A stretch of DNA of 64,000 bases from an uncultured Coriobacteriia bacterium (GCA_959608885.1 CAUHSG010000001.1:76112-140111); one strand, 5' to 3'. Counted from the stretch's first letter, positions 29,222-42,207 are shown. Numbers and translations: made by a program. The notes: generated by a model not told the origin, from the letters alone.

Positions 29222-30328
29222 CTACTGAACGAGCGGAGCGCGCTCCTTGGAAATGTCGTCGCCAATCTCCTCGCCGAGTTCCTCCGCGATCTTCTTGGCC
29301 TTGCGCGTGAGCTTCTTGGGAACGACGACCGTGACGTGCACGAGCAGGTCGCCACGCTTGTTGTTACGACGGAAAAGCGGCAGACCATAGCCCTTGATGC
29401 GCAGTGTCTGGCCCGGCTGGCAGCCCTCGGGAATGTGGACGGGAACCTCCTCATCCTCGAGGATGCCGCAAACGGTGATATCCGCACCGGTCATCGCCTG
29501 AACCACGGTGATGTTGGCCCGCGTGTGCAGGTTGTCACCGTCACGCTCGAAGTACTCGTGCGGATCGATGCGCACCGTCGCGATAAGGTCGCCCGCCGGT
29601 GCGCCCTGCATGCCGGCCTCGCCACGGCCCTGGACGCGAATCTGCTGGCCATCGCGAATGCCGAGGGGAATCTCGATCGTGAGGTGCTCGCGGTCGGGAA
29701 CACGTCCCTGACCCTGGCATTCGGAGCATGGCTTATCGATGGTGCGCCCCGTACCGCCACAATCCGGGCAGGTGACCGCCGTCTGCATGTCACCGAGGAA
29801 CGTGTGCTGTACGCTCACGACATGACCGGAGCCATGACACGTGGAGCATTCGACTTCCTTGCCGTCCTCGGCCGCACCGCTACCTCCGCACTCCTCGCAG
29901 GTGGCGAGACGATCGTAGACGATGTCCTTCTTGGCGCCGCGCGCTACCTCCTCGAGCGTGAGACGCAGGCCGACACCCATGTCGCGGCCATCGCGCCTGA
30001 CTTGCTGGGTGCCACGGCCACCCATACCGCCGAAGAACGAGCTGAAGATGTCGCCCATGCCACCGAAGATGTCGCTCATGTCGACGGGCTGATAGCCTCC
30101 GAAGCCCTGGGCAGCCTCCGGCGTGCCATAGCGATCGTAAAGGGACTTCTTCTGAGGGTCTGAGAGCACGTCATATGCCTCGTTGAGCTCCTTGAAGCGC
30201 TCCTCGGCATCGGGTGCCTTGTTGACATCCGGATGCAGCTCACGGGCCTTGCGTCTGAATGCCTTCTTTATCTCCGTTACGCTGACCTCGCGTGAAACGC
30301 CAAGGATCTCGTAATACTCATACGCCAT
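29222..30328 (-). CDS. dnaJ: Molecular chaperone DnaJ
   Basis: The track ORF starts at TTG 30334. ATG 30328 ([11 protein letters not shown]) sits 9 nt after GGGGAG. The J-domain HPD, a G/F region and four CxxCxGxG zinc motifs are present. Confidence 0.95.
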   Translation of the reverse strand: MAYEYYEILGVSREVSVTEIKKAFRRKARELHPDVNKAPDAEERFKELNEAYDVLSDPQKKSLYDRYGTPEAAQGFGGYQPVDMSDIFGGMGDIFSSFFGGMGGRGTQQVRRDGRDMGVGLRLTLEEVARGAKKDIVYDRLATCEECGGSGAAEDGKEVECSTCHGSGHVVSVQHTFLGDMQTAVTCPDCGGTGRTIDKPCSECQGQGRVPDREHLTIEIPLGIRDGQQIRVQGRGEAGMQGAPAGDLIATVRIDPHEYFERDGDNLHTRANITVVQAMTGADITVCGILEDEEVPVHIPEGCQPGQTLRIKGYGLPLFRRNNKRGDLLVHVTVVVPKKLTRKAKKIAEELGEEIGDDISKERAPLVQ

Positions 30329-30432
30329 GCGCAATAACTCCCCGCACTCAAATGGACTCCGAGTATTTTGGGATACCAGACAGGAGACGGCATGAACCGT
30401 AAGCGTTTCGTCACCAAGCTACACGCGAGCGT

Positions 30433-31761
30433 TCACCTGTCGACCGCCAGCGACCAAATCGCACTGTAGACCTCGTTTCCGAATAGCCAGCCGCGTTGCG
30501 TGGGAACAAGGCGAGCGCCTTGCTCGCGCACGAGCCCGAGAGCTTCGAGGCGTTCGAAGACCGCAGGCGCCCCCTCGACATCCTGCACCTGCTCACGCGT
30601 GACACCGATGCTCCTGCGCATGCCGAGCATGAGGTCTTCGACGGCGGATTCGCGGGCGCTGAGTAACTCGATTTCGGCACGAGGACATCCGAGCGATTCG
30701 GCAAACGCGATATCATCGGATGATGCAGCGATACGGATACGGGCGAAATCTGCATCATTAGGCTGGGTGGGGGCGCAGTCGCTCAGACAGTCCTGAACTC
30801 GCACGAAAGCGCCACTGGCGCTTCCGCTCGTATGCGCCGACGCGAAGCTAGTCCCTTTAGGGAAACTCGCTTTGTGCATCCCCCACCCGGCCTTTTCAGT
30901 ATCGATTTCGAATATCCCCGAATCAATCGCTTGCTCAGCGCTTTCGGATGAAAGCATGGAAGAAGCGCCCGCCCCGAGGCCAAGGTACTCAACGCCCGTC
31001 CAATACGCCGTGTTGTGGCAGGAAGGAAAACCCGGCTTGGCGTAGGAGGCGACTTCGTAGCGCTCAAATCCCGCTGCCGTGAGCATACGCTCGGCCTCGA
31101 GCATCATGTCAGCCTGTAGGTCCTCGCTGGCGACTTCGCACTCCCCCGCCTCGACGCGGCGCGTAAGTGGCGTACCGTCCTCAAGCATGAGCGGATACAC
31201 GCTCACATGCGATACGTCCGCGTCAATTGCGCGCCGCAGGCTTTCCTTCCATGACTCCATGCTCTGACCCGGACCCCCGCAGATGAGATCGAGCGAGACG
31301 CTGTTCGTGCGCGTGCGCACGGCAGCAAGGGCCGCATCGATCGCGGCCACATCATGCACACGACCATATCCCCGCAAGACCGCATCATCGAAGCTCTGCG
31401 CCCCGATGCTGAAGCGGTTGACGCCGAGCGAGAAGAGGTCTGCCACCATGCGTTCGTCGATGGACTCGGGATTGGCCTCGCAGGTGAACTCGATGACATT
31501 CTCGAGGTTCACCGAAAGCGAGAGCGTGTACACAAGCGTGTTGAGGCGTCTGCTGCCGAGGTGCGTGGGCGTGCCACCACCGATGTAAATCGTCCTGACC
31601 TGTCCGAGCAGCCCCGCCTTCGCCGCACGGCGCAACTGCAGGCACAATGCCTCCACATACGCATCCATGCGCTGCTCATCCGCGCAAGCGCTCGTCGCGA
31701 AGTCGCAGTATGCGCAACGCGAGACGCAGAAGGGAATGTGCAGGTAGAGAGCCTCAATCAT
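30433..31761 (-). CDS. hemW: Radical SAM family heme chaperone HemW (HemN-like)
   Basis: 442-aa ORF with LYLHIPFCVSRCAYCDF (CxxxCxxC) and GGGTPT. It has a low-complexity insertion of about 60 aa compared with typical HemW length. Confidence 0.85.
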   Translation of the reverse strand: MIEALYLHIPFCVSRCAYCDFATSACADEQRMDAYVEALCLQLRRAAKAGLLGQVRTIYIGGGTPTHLGSRRLNTLVYTLSLSVNLENVIEFTCEANPESIDERMVADLFSLGVNRFSIGAQSFDDAVLRGYGRVHDVAAIDAALAAVRTRTNSVSLDLICGGPGQSMESWKESLRRAIDADVSHVSVYPLMLEDGTPLTRRVEAGECEVASEDLQADMMLEAERMLTAAGFERYEVASYAKPGFPSCHNTAYWTGVEYLGLGAGASSMLSSESAEQAIDSGIFEIDTEKAGWGMHKASFPKGTSFASAHTSGSASGAFVRVQDCLSDCAPTQPNDADFARIRIAASSDDIAFAESLGCPRAEIELLSARESAVEDLMLGMRRSIGVTREQVQDVEGAPAVFERLEALGLVREQGARLVPTQRGWLFGNEVYSAIWSLAVDR

Positions 31762-32784
31762 CGCGAATCGTCTTCCGCGAGCTTGCCCGCCTCGTCGAAG
31801 ATCCGCTCGAAATCCGCAATGCTTCGCGCCTCGCTCAGAGCACGGCGCAACGCAGCGGCAGACGGCAAACCATGCACGTACCAGGCAAGCTGTGCACGCA
31901 GCGGGCTCAGATACGGAGCAGGCGCATCGAGAGGCGCGGGTACGGCCTCGTCGCTCGTCGAGGGACGCTCGTCACGCGCCTTGAGCGGATCGGCGTAATG
32001 GAGGTAGAGCTCGAAATGCTCGCGCATGGCGGCGACACGCTCGGCATGCGAGGGTTCATGGCCCGTGAATATCCACGGATTACCGCGTGCACCACGAGCG
32101 ACGTGCACCGCATCGACACCGCATCGCTCGCGCATACGGCATGCATCGTCATGGGAAAACACGTCCCCGCTACCCGCGACGGGAATAACGACCGCTTCCT
32201 TGACCTGGGCAATCACATCCCAATCCGCATTGCCGCGATACATCTGGCGCGCACTGCGCCCATGCACGCTCACAAGCGAGGCACCCGCCTGCTCGAGGCG
32301 CTTGGCGAAGTCGACGGCGTTCTTCTCCTCGTTCGTCCAACCGCTCCTGAACTTCGCGGTGACCGGAACATCGACGGCATCCACGATGCTACGTATGATA
32401 TCGGCCGCCAGTTTGGGGGTCTGCATGAGAGCCGATCCCTCGCCGCGTCGCACGACCTTGCGTACGGGACAACCCATGTTCACGTCGATGAGCGCGAGCC
32501 TATCGCCCAGGCGCTTGGCGATGCGCGCGGCCTGGTGCGCCATGCAATCGGGCTCCGAGCCGAAGAGCTGCACGGCGAGTACAGCCTCTTCCTCTGCCGG
32601 ATCGGTCAGGGCGAAGGTCTTGACACCATTGTACTCGAGCCCCTTGGCGCTCACCATTTCGGAGAACGTCAGGCCCGCTCCGTAACGTATGCAGAGACTG
32701 CGAAAGGCCCGGTCGGTCACGCCGGCCATGGGCGCAAGCCACAAAGGCGTCGCAAGGTATGTCTCGATTTGCGCCACGAGGAGC

Positions 32785-32795
<11 letters not shown>
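31758..32795 (-). CDS. dus: tRNA-dihydrouridine synthase
   Basis: 345-aa ORF with [20 protein letters not shown] and HGR motifs. 4-nt overlap with hemW and 11-nt overlap with lepA. Confidence 0.85.
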
Positions 32796-34596
<1,801 letters not shown>

Positions 34597-34679
34597 TCTA
34601 ACGCAGGAACGTCAACGTGAAAAAGGAGACCGCCCCATTGCGAGGGCGGCCTCCTCAAGAAGCCCGAAAAGCCCTAAAG

Positions 34680-34946
34680 CTACTTGTCGAGGCTATTGGC
34701 CAGAGCCATGACGCCGCTCTTGCGGTTGGCGGCCTGATTCTTGTGGATGATGCCCTTGCTGACGGCCTTGTCAAACAGACGGCAGGCCTTGCTGGCGGCC
34801 TCGGTCGCGAGCGCCTTGTCGCCGGCCTCGACGGCCTCGCGCACACGGCGCACAGCAGTCTTCATCTCGGCCTTGGCAGCGCGATTGCGCAGACGGGCCT
34901 TCTCGTTGGTCTTGATACGCTTCTTCTGACTTTTGATGTTCGCCAT
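34680..34946 (-). CDS. rpsT: 30S ribosomal protein S20
   Basis: 88-aa [24 protein letters not shown] is the S20 signature. Confidence 0.95.
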   Translation of the reverse strand: MANIKSQKKRIKTNEKARLRNRAAKAEMKTAVRRVREAVEAGDKALATEAASKACRLFDKAVSKGIIHKNQAANRKSGVMALANSLDK

Positions 34947-35053
34947 TTCCGGCTTTTCCTTTCGATGAAACCCATTGTCTCTCGCAGTGGGGTGCGACGA
35001 AACTACGAGATGATATCACAGTTGCGCGTCATGTCACGCATCGATTCCGAAAC

Positions 35054-36010
35054 TCAGGCCACGCAGACGTCCAAAACCCAGCGCTCGAAGACGACATCTT
35101 TGTCCGCTCCCGTCTTCATGTCCTGATCGCACGCCGCGGCACTGATGAGTGCCTCTTCGAGCTCGGTCTGCGAAAAGCCATCGGCCCAACGCGCGTAGTT
35201 CTTGACCTGCCAGTCGGGTTTGCCAAGCGCAGACGCAAGAGCACCCGTCCCCTGACCTTGTAGGTCCTTTGCGACGAGCAAATCGCGAATCCTGTTGACG
35301 CACATGGTGAGCAAACCGAAGGGTGACTGGGCGTTCATGCGCGCGAGGAGCACCGCGCATTTCCTCGCATCGCGCGCCGAAAGCGCATCGCTCAGATGCC
35401 AGGGCTTGGGCTCGGCCACGCGCGCGACGTAGGCCTGCACCTCGGGTAGATCGATTACGGACCCGCTTCCCAGGGCTATGGCCATCTTCGTGAGCTCACC
35501 ATCGAGGTGAACGGTCGACTCGCCCACGAGTGAAATGAGCTCCTCGGCTGCCGGACGCGTAATGCTCACGCCCTTGCTCTGTGCGAACTGCTGCACCTGC
35601 GTGGGTAGTTCGCGAGCGCTGCGCGGACTGCAATCGATGACGGCCTTCTTGTCGACCTTCGCAATCGCCTTGTACAAACGCGTGTTCTTCGCAAGTTTCT
35701 CGGCGACGAGCGCGAGAACGGTCGTGTCGTTGGGATTCTCGAGATACGAGACAATGGCCTCTTGCGTCGCCTTCTTGAGACGCTCGGCCCCCTGGACGAC
35801 GACGAGGCGCTTCTCGCTCATAAACGGCAGCGTGTTGCAGGCTCCCGTAATCTCGTCAGGCGTGAGGGCACCCCCCTCGAGGACGTCCTTATTGAAGTCG
35901 AGGTCGCCGAGCTTGGCCATGCGCTCGTTGAGACGGCCGAAAACGAACTCGCGTTTGAGCTCGTCGGCGCCGACGATAAGGTATACGGGGAGAAAGTCGT
36001 TATCCGCCAT
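35054..36010 (-). CDS. holA: DNA polymerase III subunit delta
   Basis: 318-aa ORF. The N-terminus PVYLIVGADELK and the overall length fit HolA. The comEC/holA/rpsT neighbourhood is the classical Gram-positive synteny. Confidence 0.8.
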   Translation of the reverse strand: MADNDFLPVYLIVGADELKREFVFGRLNERMAKLGDLDFNKDVLEGGALTPDEITGACNTLPFMSEKRLVVVQGAERLKKATQEAIVSYLENPNDTTVLALVAEKLAKNTRLYKAIAKVDKKAVIDCSPRSARELPTQVQQFAQSKGVSITRPAAEELISLVGESTVHLDGELTKMAIALGSGSVIDLPEVQAYVARVAEPKPWHLSDALSARDARKCAVLLARMNAQSPFGLLTMCVNRIRDLLVAKDLQGQGTGALASALGKPDWQVKNYARWADGFSQTELEEALISAAACDQDMKTGADKDVVFERWVLDVCVA

Positions 36011-36063
36011 GATGAGCTTCCCTCAAAGCAAGAAGGCCGGGTAATCCCGGCCTTCGGTGTTCT

Positions 36064-36140
36064 TGGCAGCCCGTACCGGATTCGAACCGGTGATCTCCGC
36101 CTTGAGAGGGCGGCGTCCTAAACCGCTAGACGAACGGGCC
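36064..36140 (-). tRNA. tRNA-Glu (anticodon CTC)
   Basis: The reverse complement is GGCCCGTTCGTCTAGCGGTTTAGGACGCCGCCCTCTCAAGGCGGAGATCACCGGTTCGAATCCGGTACGGGCTGCCA. It folds as a cloverleaf with anticodon loop CTCTCAA, T loop TTCGAAT and an encoded CCA. Confidence 0.85.
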
Positions 36141-36155
36141 ATGTCAATGCGCCGT

Positions 36156-36229
36156 TGGCTGGGGTGGAAGGAGTCGAACCCTCACTGACGGAACCAGAAT
36201 CCGCTGTCCTACCATTAGACGACACCCCA
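36156..36229 (-). tRNA. tRNA-Gln (anticodon CTG)
   Basis: The reverse complement is TGGGGTGTCGTCTAATGGTAGGACAGCGGATTCTGGTTCCGTCAGTGAGGGTTCGACTCCTTCCACCCCAGCCA. It has a U1-A72 acceptor, anticodon loop TTCTGGT and an encoded CCA. Confidence 0.85.
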
Positions 36230-36296
36230 GTAACAAGTGCCGAACCCTGTGCGGCGCGAGATTGCATATTACGGAATCATGCTTGGCGCGTCAAGC

Positions 36297-36405
36297 GAAA
36301 ATGAGAAATTGCTCCGGAGCATACTTCCACGGGAGCGCAGCCGGATCGCCTCGCTTCGACAGTCGCTTCCCGACAGCCCGCTTCGCGGGCCTTACGACGC
36401 GCTCC
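36297..36405 (+). repeat. Dispersed intergenic repeat, copy 2
   Basis: GAAAATGAGAAATT...ATCGCCTCGCTTCGACAGTCGCTTCCCGACAGCCCGCTTCGCGGGCCTTACGACGCGCTCC. It lies between tRNA-Gln and comEA. Confidence 0.6.
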
Positions 36406-36522
36406 TTCAACCTTCGCTCAGTAATCCGGCTGCGCCCCCCATGTCGAATGTCGTAATTTGGTCGGAGCCAAGTCCGATTTCGTTCAGGTTGCCGGGGTAG
36501 ATGACCCGGTTCTTTTGGTCCT

Positions 36523-37227
36523 ATGATGCTCCCGTCAATCACGCGGCACGCGAATGGAGGGCATGTGGATCTCGATGACGTATCCGTTAGGGCAAGCTCC
36601 CTTCTGCGTCGCGCCGGACTGCGCGACATTCCCCGTTCCGTTATCGTGGGAACGATCTTCATCGGGCTTGCCCTCATGCTCGTGGGAATATGGCAGTTCT
36701 GGCCTCGGGCAAATGCGGATTATATAGCGACGGCAAATCAAGAGCAGAAGGTATCAGACGCGAACGCGCAGCAAATAGCTCCTACGCAGGCCGAAATCAT
36801 GATCGACGTCGAGGGTGCCGTCAATGCACCCGGACTCTATATGCTTGCAGCTGATTCGCGTGTAGGCGAGGCCATAGAGGCAGCGGGTGGATTTGCCGCA
36901 GATGCCCAGCCAGGAGCAACCAACCTCGCGCAGAAGCTCTCCGATGGCGAACAGGTTTTCGTCCCCACCGTCGAAGAGACACAGGGCGCAACGAATGCTG
37001 CCGCGAAAGCTGCAATGCCATCATCGAAGCAAAATGGAAAGATCAATATCAATACGGCGAGCGCCGAAGAACTACAGGAGCTCTCGGGCGTGGGGCCCGC
37101 GCTTTCGGGACGTATCATCGACTATCGCGAGTCGAAGGGACGCTTCTCCTCAATCGAGGACCTCAAGGAAGTCTCGGGCATCGGCGAGACTCGTTTCGAA
37201 AACCTCAAGGACAAGATCTGCGTATGA
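36523..37227 (+). CDS. comEA: ComEA family DNA-binding competence protein
   Basis: 234-aa ORF with an N-terminal TM, an SLBB-like region (IDVEGAVNAPGLYML...RVGEAIEAAGG) and the C-terminal HhH pair INTASAEELQELSGVGPALSGRIIDYR...LKEVSGIGETRFENLK. Confidence 0.85.
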   Translation: MMLPSITRHANGGHVDLDDVSVRASSLLRRAGLRDIPRSVIVGTIFIGLALMLVGIWQFWPRANADYIATANQEQKVSDANAQQIAPTQAEIMIDVEGAVNAPGLYMLAADSRVGEAIEAAGGFAADAQPGATNLAQKLSDGEQVFVPTVEETQGATNAAAKAAMPSSKQNGKININTASAEELQELSGVGPALSGRIIDYRESKGRFSSIEDLKEVSGIGETRFENLKDKICV

Positions 37228-39665
37228 GCGCGCCGGCTGCAGACCCTCCCTGTCGTCCATCGCTTCCTCCCCTCTTTCTCGCGGCGCTCGGCTCCTGGAT
37301 TGCCATCACACTCGCCGATGAGCTGAGCTGGCGGGATTATGCGGGCACGCTCGACGTTCGCGTCTATGTGGGAGGCGTCATCGTCATCCTGCTTGTCATG
37401 CTGTCCGGATTCGCGTTGATGCGGCGTGTACGTGCCGGGAGCGGCAGAGCGCCCACATCTTCTCTCGCGAAATCGGGCATGGCAATCATCCTCATAGCCT
37501 TTGTCTGCGCGTTCGTGTGCGGATTTGCATGTTGGGGCGATTGGGACGGGGACGTCGAGCGGCTTTCGCTACTTGCGGAGCGAGGCGAACCCCTCGAGCT
37601 CGACCTGACCGGAGATCCGGCGCAACGTGATTACGGGCACATCTCGAACGCCCAGCTGGGCGAAGGACGCGCTGCGATACGTGTCCGGGTCGTATGGCCC
37701 GAGGAAAGCGAGAGACTATGCGCGGGGCATCGAATTGCCGTCACGGGCAACGTATCCGCTCCCGGAACGGATGAGGGCGGGCGCTGGAACCATCGCAACG
37801 GCCTTGCGGGCACCATACAGGCAACTCACGTCGAAGAGCTGGGATACAGCCCGGGATTGCGCGGGCTCGTGACCTCATTTCGCGACGAGTCGTTTGCGCA
37901 CATCGGCACGCTCGATGGAGACGCCGCAGGACTCCTTGCCGGTGTGCTGCTCGGGAACAGAACGATTTACGCAGGCTCGGAACTCGAGCAAGCGTTCCAG
38001 ACAACGGGGCTTGCGCACCTCATGGCCGTATCAGGCACACACCTGGCAATCGTCACCATGCTTCTCTCGTTTTTGCTCGCCAAGACACCCGTCCGGCGCA
38101 AGGTGCGCAGCGCCATGCTCATCGCAGCTCTCGTCATCTATGTCGCAATCACGGGATTCGCGCCCTCGGCGCTCAGAGCCTGCGTCATGTGCTCGGTCGC
38201 ACTCGTTCTGGGAACTATCGGCAAACGGGCTTCAGCCCTCAACGGGCTTTCCCTCTGCGTATTCGTCTTTCTCGGACTCTCTCCTCCCATGGCCTTTTCC
38301 CTGGGATTCCAGCTCTCGGTGCTCTCCGTGTTCGGGCTCGTCCTCTTTGGTGGCCTCGCGAGCCATTGGTTGGAACATGCGCTACCGCGCCTCCCCACGC
38401 TCGTCTCATCATCCGTTGCCGCAACGATAACCGCATCGTGCATGACGCTGCCAGTGACCATCGCGCAATTCGCGCAGCTTCCCCTCATCTCGCCCGTCGC
38501 GAACTTCCTGGCTGCTCCCCTCGTCACCGTCGCGCTGTGCCTGGGTATCCTCGCACTGGTCATCGGAGCCGTCTTCGCACCTGTGGGCGCATTGCTCCTG
38601 TACGGCGCGGGAGCAGTCGCGTCATGCTGTGCCACGCTCGTGCGATTCCTCGCCGATCTGCCACTTGCCTGTCTACCCCTGTCAGGTACCGCTTCGACGC
38701 TTGCCGCTCTCTTCTGCATCCTCATCATCACGCTCTGGATTACTTGGCCCCTCCCCAGACACCGCGAAGCCCGATGCGATCCCAGCGTACCCGCACGTCA
38801 TCTGGGAATATTGGCGGGAACGTGCGCCGCCTTCACCCTTCCCGTCCTTCTCGCGATTGTGCTGGGATTCGGTCAGCTCAGGATGTCGCCGGGCGCAATC
38901 GAATCGCGCGTGGTCATGCTCGACGTCGGTCAGGGTGACAGCCTGCTCATCCAGAGCAAGGGCACCTGTATCCTCGTCGACACGGGCGAAGATGGCGACA
39001 TCCTTCTGCGCGAGCTCGCTGAGCAGGGCGTGACGCATCTCGATGCCGTCGTCATCACGCACAAGGACGCCGATCATGCCAGCGCGCTCAGAGAGCTCGC
39101 CGGGGTCATTGCGGTTGATCACGTGTATATACACGAAGACCTGCTTGACGAGGCCTTCATGGAAAAGGTGCTCGAGTCCGCAGATTGGGTGACAAGCGGG
39201 CGTGGTGCCGAGGGCCTGCGTCCCGGCAACATCCTGCGAACCGGAAGGTTCTCGTTGACGATCGTTGCTCCGCAGGACGGCGGAAAGAGCGAGAATGACG
39301 ACAGTCTCGTCGGATTGCTCGAATTTGATGCGGATGGTGATGGCGACGCCGAGGCACGCGGTCTTCTCACGGGCGATGCGGAGAGCGCTGCGATAGAGGG
39401 AGTCGCATCACGGGTGGGCGACATCGACTTCCTCAAGGTCGCCCATCACGGCAGCAAGGGTGGCCTGACAGACGAACAGCTCATGGGGCTTTCCCCCGAG
39501 ATCGCGCTCATCAGCGTGGGAGCAGATAACAAATACGGACATCCCAGCATCGAAACCGTAAGGATGCTCGAAAACCACGGAGCGCGCATCTACCGTACCG
39601 ACATGCAGGGCGTCATCGCCATCGGATTCTCCGATATGGGAATGCACGTGACTACGGAGCGGTAA
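37224..39665 (+). CDS. comEC: DNA internalization-related competence protein ComEC/Rec2
   Basis: 813-aa ORF with the polytopic competence domain (GLAHLMAVSGTHLAI) and a C-terminal metallo-beta-lactamase fold (MLDVGQGDS...HKDADH...VAHHGS). ATGA overlap with comEA. Confidence 0.9.
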   Translation: MSAPAADPPCRPSLPPLFLAALGSWIAITLADELSWRDYAGTLDVRVYVGGVIVILLVMLSGFALMRRVRAGSGRAPTSSLAKSGMAIILIAFVCAFVCGFACWGDWDGDVERLSLLAERGEPLELDLTGDPAQRDYGHISNAQLGEGRAAIRVRVVWPEESERLCAGHRIAVTGNVSAPGTDEGGRWNHRNGLAGTIQATHVEELGYSPGLRGLVTSFRDESFAHIGTLDGDAAGLLAGVLLGNRTIYAGSELEQAFQTTGLAHLMAVSGTHLAIVTMLLSFLLAKTPVRRKVRSAMLIAALVIYVAITGFAPSALRACVMCSVALVLGTIGKRASALNGLSLCVFVFLGLSPPMAFSLGFQLSVLSVFGLVLFGGLASHWLEHALPRLPTLVSSSVAATITASCMTLPVTIAQFAQLPLISPVANFLAAPLVTVALCLGILALVIGAVFAPVGALLLYGAGAVASCCATLVRFLADLPLACLPLSGTASTLAALFCILIITLWITWPLPRHREARCDPSVPARHLGILAGTCAAFTLPVLLAIVLGFGQLRMSPGAIESRVVMLDVGQGDSLLIQSKGTCILVDTGEDGDILLRELAEQGVTHLDAVVITHKDADHASALRELAGVIAVDHVYIHEDLLDEAFMEKVLESADWVTSGRGAEGLRPGNILRTGRFSLTIVAPQDGGKSENDDSLVGLLEFDADGDGDAEARGLLTGDAESAAIEGVASRVGDIDFLKVAHHGSKGGLTDEQLMGLSPEIALISVGADNKYGHPSIETVRMLENHGARIYRTDMQGVIAIGFSDMGMHVTTER

Positions 39666-39677
39666 CGCCCGCAAAAG

Positions 39678-39711
39678 AAAATGGACGGAGACACGTTCCT
39701 CCGTCCATTTT
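39678..39711. terminator. Bidirectional intrinsic terminator between the convergent comEC and acyl-CoA ligase genes
   Basis: AAAATGGACGGAG-ACACGTTC-CTCCGTCCATTTT, a 13-bp stem with an A-run on one side and a T-run on the other. Confidence 0.65.
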
Positions 39712-39753
39712 CCCATGTAAAACGGTCACGTCGTCGTCTGACGTGGAAAATCG

Positions 39754-41613
39754 TCACTCGGACTTCTCGTCCTCGTCGAAGACCTCTTGGCCCGTGCGGC
39801 CGGTGAGCTCCTTGGCCATGTCGCGCAGCTTGAACTTCTGAATCTTATTGGCCGGATTCATGGGAAACTCGTCGACGAAGAACACGAACTTGGGCACCTT
39901 GAAGCGGGCGATGCGCGGGATCGCGTACTCGCGCACATCCTCCTGCGTCATGTCCTCGTAACCCTCACGCGTGCGGATGAAGGCGGTCACGACCTCGCCG
40001 TACTTCTCGTCGGGACAGCCCACGACCTGTGCATCGAGAACGCCGGGCATCGTGAGCAGGAAGTTCTCGACCTCGAGCGGGTAGATGTTCTCGCCGCCGC
40101 GGATGATCATGTCCTTGATACGGCCCGTGACGCGGAAGTAGCCCTCCTCGTCAATCGTGCCCATGTCACCGGAATGCAGATAGCCGTCCTCGTCGATGGC
40201 CTCGGCCGTCTCGTCGGGCATCTTGTAGTAGCCCTTCATGACGTTGTAGCCGCGACAGCACAGCTCGCCATGTTCGCCCGGGCCGAGGGGCTCGCCCGTG
40301 TTGACGTCGGCGACCTTGACCGATACCGGCGGATGCTTGCGTCCGACGGTCGTGCACTTGTGCTCGACGTCATCATCGACGCTCGTCTGCGTGAACACGG
40401 GGCTCGTCTCGGTGAGCCCATAGCAAATCGTGATGTCGTGCATGTTCATCTTGTCGATGACCTCCTGCATGGTCGCAGGAGGACAGGGAGAACCGGCCAT
40501 GATGCCGGTGCGCAGGGAGGACATGTCGTACTTGTCGAAGTCCGGATGGTTGAGCTCGGCGATGTACATGGTGGGGACGCCGTAGACGGCCGTGGCCTTC
40601 TCCTTGTCGATGGCCTGGAGAACCATCTCGGCATCGAAGTCCTCGATGCCCACGATGGTGCAACGATGCGTGAGGATGGCCATGATGCCGAGCACGCAGC
40701 CGAAGCAGTGGAAGTACGGCACGGGCAGGCACACACGATCGTTGGGCGTGAGCTTCATGCCCTCGCCGATGAAGAAGCCGTCGTTGAGGATGTTGCGATG
40801 CGTGAGCATGACGCCCTTCGGGAAGCCCGTCGTACCGCTCGTGTACTGCATCATGCAGCAATCGTTGTTATCGAACGACCTTCTCACCTCGACAAGCTCG
40901 TTGGCATCGACGTACTCGCCGAGCAAGAGCAGCTCGGGCACGCTGTAAAAGCCGCGGTGCTTCTCCGGACCCATGTAGATGAGGTTCTTGAGGAAAGGAT
41001 ATTCCTCGGTGTTGAGATAGCCGCGCTGCTGCTCGAGAGACTCCGGCACGAGATCGCGGATGATCTCCTTGTAGTCGATGTCACGGTACTGGTCGATGAT
41101 GCACAGCGCCTTCATGTCACTTTGCTTGAGCACGTAATCGAGCTCGTTGGACTTGAAGACCGGGTTCATCGTGACCATGACGACGCCAATCTTGGCGCAG
41201 GCGTACATGAAGGTGACCCAGTCGGGAATGTTGCGGGCCCACACGCCCAGATGGTCACCCGGACGCATGCCGATGTAGAGCATGCCGCGAGCAAGGCGGT
41301 CGGTCCTGTCATTGAACTCCGCGTACGTCCAGCGCAAATCGCGATCGGGATAGACCATGAACTCGTGATCGGGATCGATTTCGGTCTGGAAGCGCAGATA
41401 ATCGCCGAGCGTCATCTCGGAGAGCAGTGGATAGTCCTGATCGCCGAATTGCGGGACGCTACCGTCCTCGCGGGCGGACGGGTGCATGATCTCTTCCGCA
41501 CGCTCGAGGCGAAAGTCAATCTCTTCCTGCGTCCATCCGTTTTGTGCAATGAGGTGATCCGTTGCCATGTAGGCGGGAGATTCCTCCATTACCCTTGTCA
41601 TCGTATACACCAA
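39754..41613 (-). CDS. AMP-dependent synthetase/ligase (FadD-like fatty-acyl-CoA ligase)
   Basis: 619-aa track ORF. The start is uncertain (TTG 41613, ATG 41601 or ATG 41589). The AMP-binding motif [16 protein letters not shown], plus GYGLTE, GDMG...[14 protein letters not shown] and KFK-type C-terminal motifs, are present. Confidence 0.85.
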   Translation of the reverse strand: MVYTMTRVMEESPAYMATDHLIAQNGWTQEEIDFRLERAEEIMHPSAREDGSVPQFGDQDYPLLSEMTLGDYLRFQTEIDPDHEFMVYPDRDLRWTYAEFNDRTDRLARGMLYIGMRPGDHLGVWARNIPDWVTFMYACAKIGVVMVTMNPVFKSNELDYVLKQSDMKALCIIDQYRDIDYKEIIRDLVPESLEQQRGYLNTEEYPFLKNLIYMGPEKHRGFYSVPELLLLGEYVDANELVEVRRSFDNNDCCMMQYTSGTTGFPKGVMLTHRNILNDGFFIGEGMKLTPNDRVCLPVPYFHCFGCVLGIMAILTHRCTIVGIEDFDAEMVLQAIDKEKATAVYGVPTMYIAELNHPDFDKYDMSSLRTGIMAGSPCPPATMQEVIDKMNMHDITICYGLTETSPVFTQTSVDDDVEHKCTTVGRKHPPVSVKVADVNTGEPLGPGEHGELCCRGYNVMKGYYKMPDETAEAIDEDGYLHSGDMGTIDEEGYFRVTGRIKDMIIRGGENIYPLEVENFLLTMPGVLDAQVVGCPDEKYGEVVTAFIRTREGYEDMTQEDVREYAIPRIARFKVPKFVFFVDEFPMNPANKIQKFKLRDMAKELTGRTGQEVFDEDEKSE

Positions 41614-41619
41614 CCCCCT

Positions 41620-42207
41620 CTAGACCGGCGTGTACACGACAGCGAGGAACTTGGCCTTCTGGCCATCATGAGCACGGACCTCGTGTGGCACGATGGAATC
41701 GTAATAGATGGACTCGCCGGGATGGAGCACGAAGAGCTCCTTGCCGTACTCGATCTCGATCTCGCCCTCCATGCCGTAGAGCCACTCCTCGCCTTCGTGG
41801 CCAACGAGTTTATGGCTCGTCTCGCCAGATGGATCGACGGTGATGATGAAGGGGTCGATATGGCGCGAGGGCTTGCCCGCAGCGAGACTGAAGTAGGACA
41901 GATCACCCGCATCGTTATTCGTCTCGAGACTCTTGAGACGCGTGACTTCCTCCATCTGCTCTTGCGAGATGTACAGGGGGCCGAGCGCCTCATCATCATC
42001 CATGAGGGTGCCGAGGCGCACGCCAAGGGCGCGCGTAATCTTGATAAGGGGCGCAAGCGAAGGCGGGAGCTCACCGTTCTCAAGACCTTGGATGGTCTCG
42101 AGCTCGCACTGGCAGCGGTCTGCCAAGTCCTGCTGCGAAAGATGATGCGCCTCGCGCAGCGTCGTGATTTTCGCTCCCAACTTGTTCTCGATTGCCTCTT
42201 CGCTCAT
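41620..42207 (-). CDS. XRE-family HTH regulator with a C-terminal cupin domain
   Basis: I trimmed this to ATG 42207 (MSEEAIENKLGAKITTLREAHHLSQQDLA...), which follows AAGGAGAAAGG. It has HTH_XRE followed by a cupin (GHEGEEWLYGMEGEIEIEY). The stop is 6 nt from the ligase ORF. Confidence 0.8.
   Translation of the reverse strand: MSEEAIENKLGAKITTLREAHHLSQQDLADRCQCELETIQGLENGELPPSLAPLIKITRALGVRLGTLMDDDEALGPLYISQEQMEEVTRLKSLETNNDAGDLSYFSLAAGKPSRHIDPFIITVDPSGETSHKLVGHEGEEWLYGMEGEIEIEYGKELFVLHPGESIYYDSIVPHEVRAHDGQKAKFLAVVYTPV

Noticed and set aside
30329-30432. CIRCE (HrcA) or HAIR (HspR) operator upstream of dnaJ
   Set aside because: The best candidate is GCACTC-N11-GAGT, with only 4-6 matching bases per arm and the wrong spacing for TTAGCACTC-N9-GAGTGCTAA. 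The half-site order is also wrong for HAIR.
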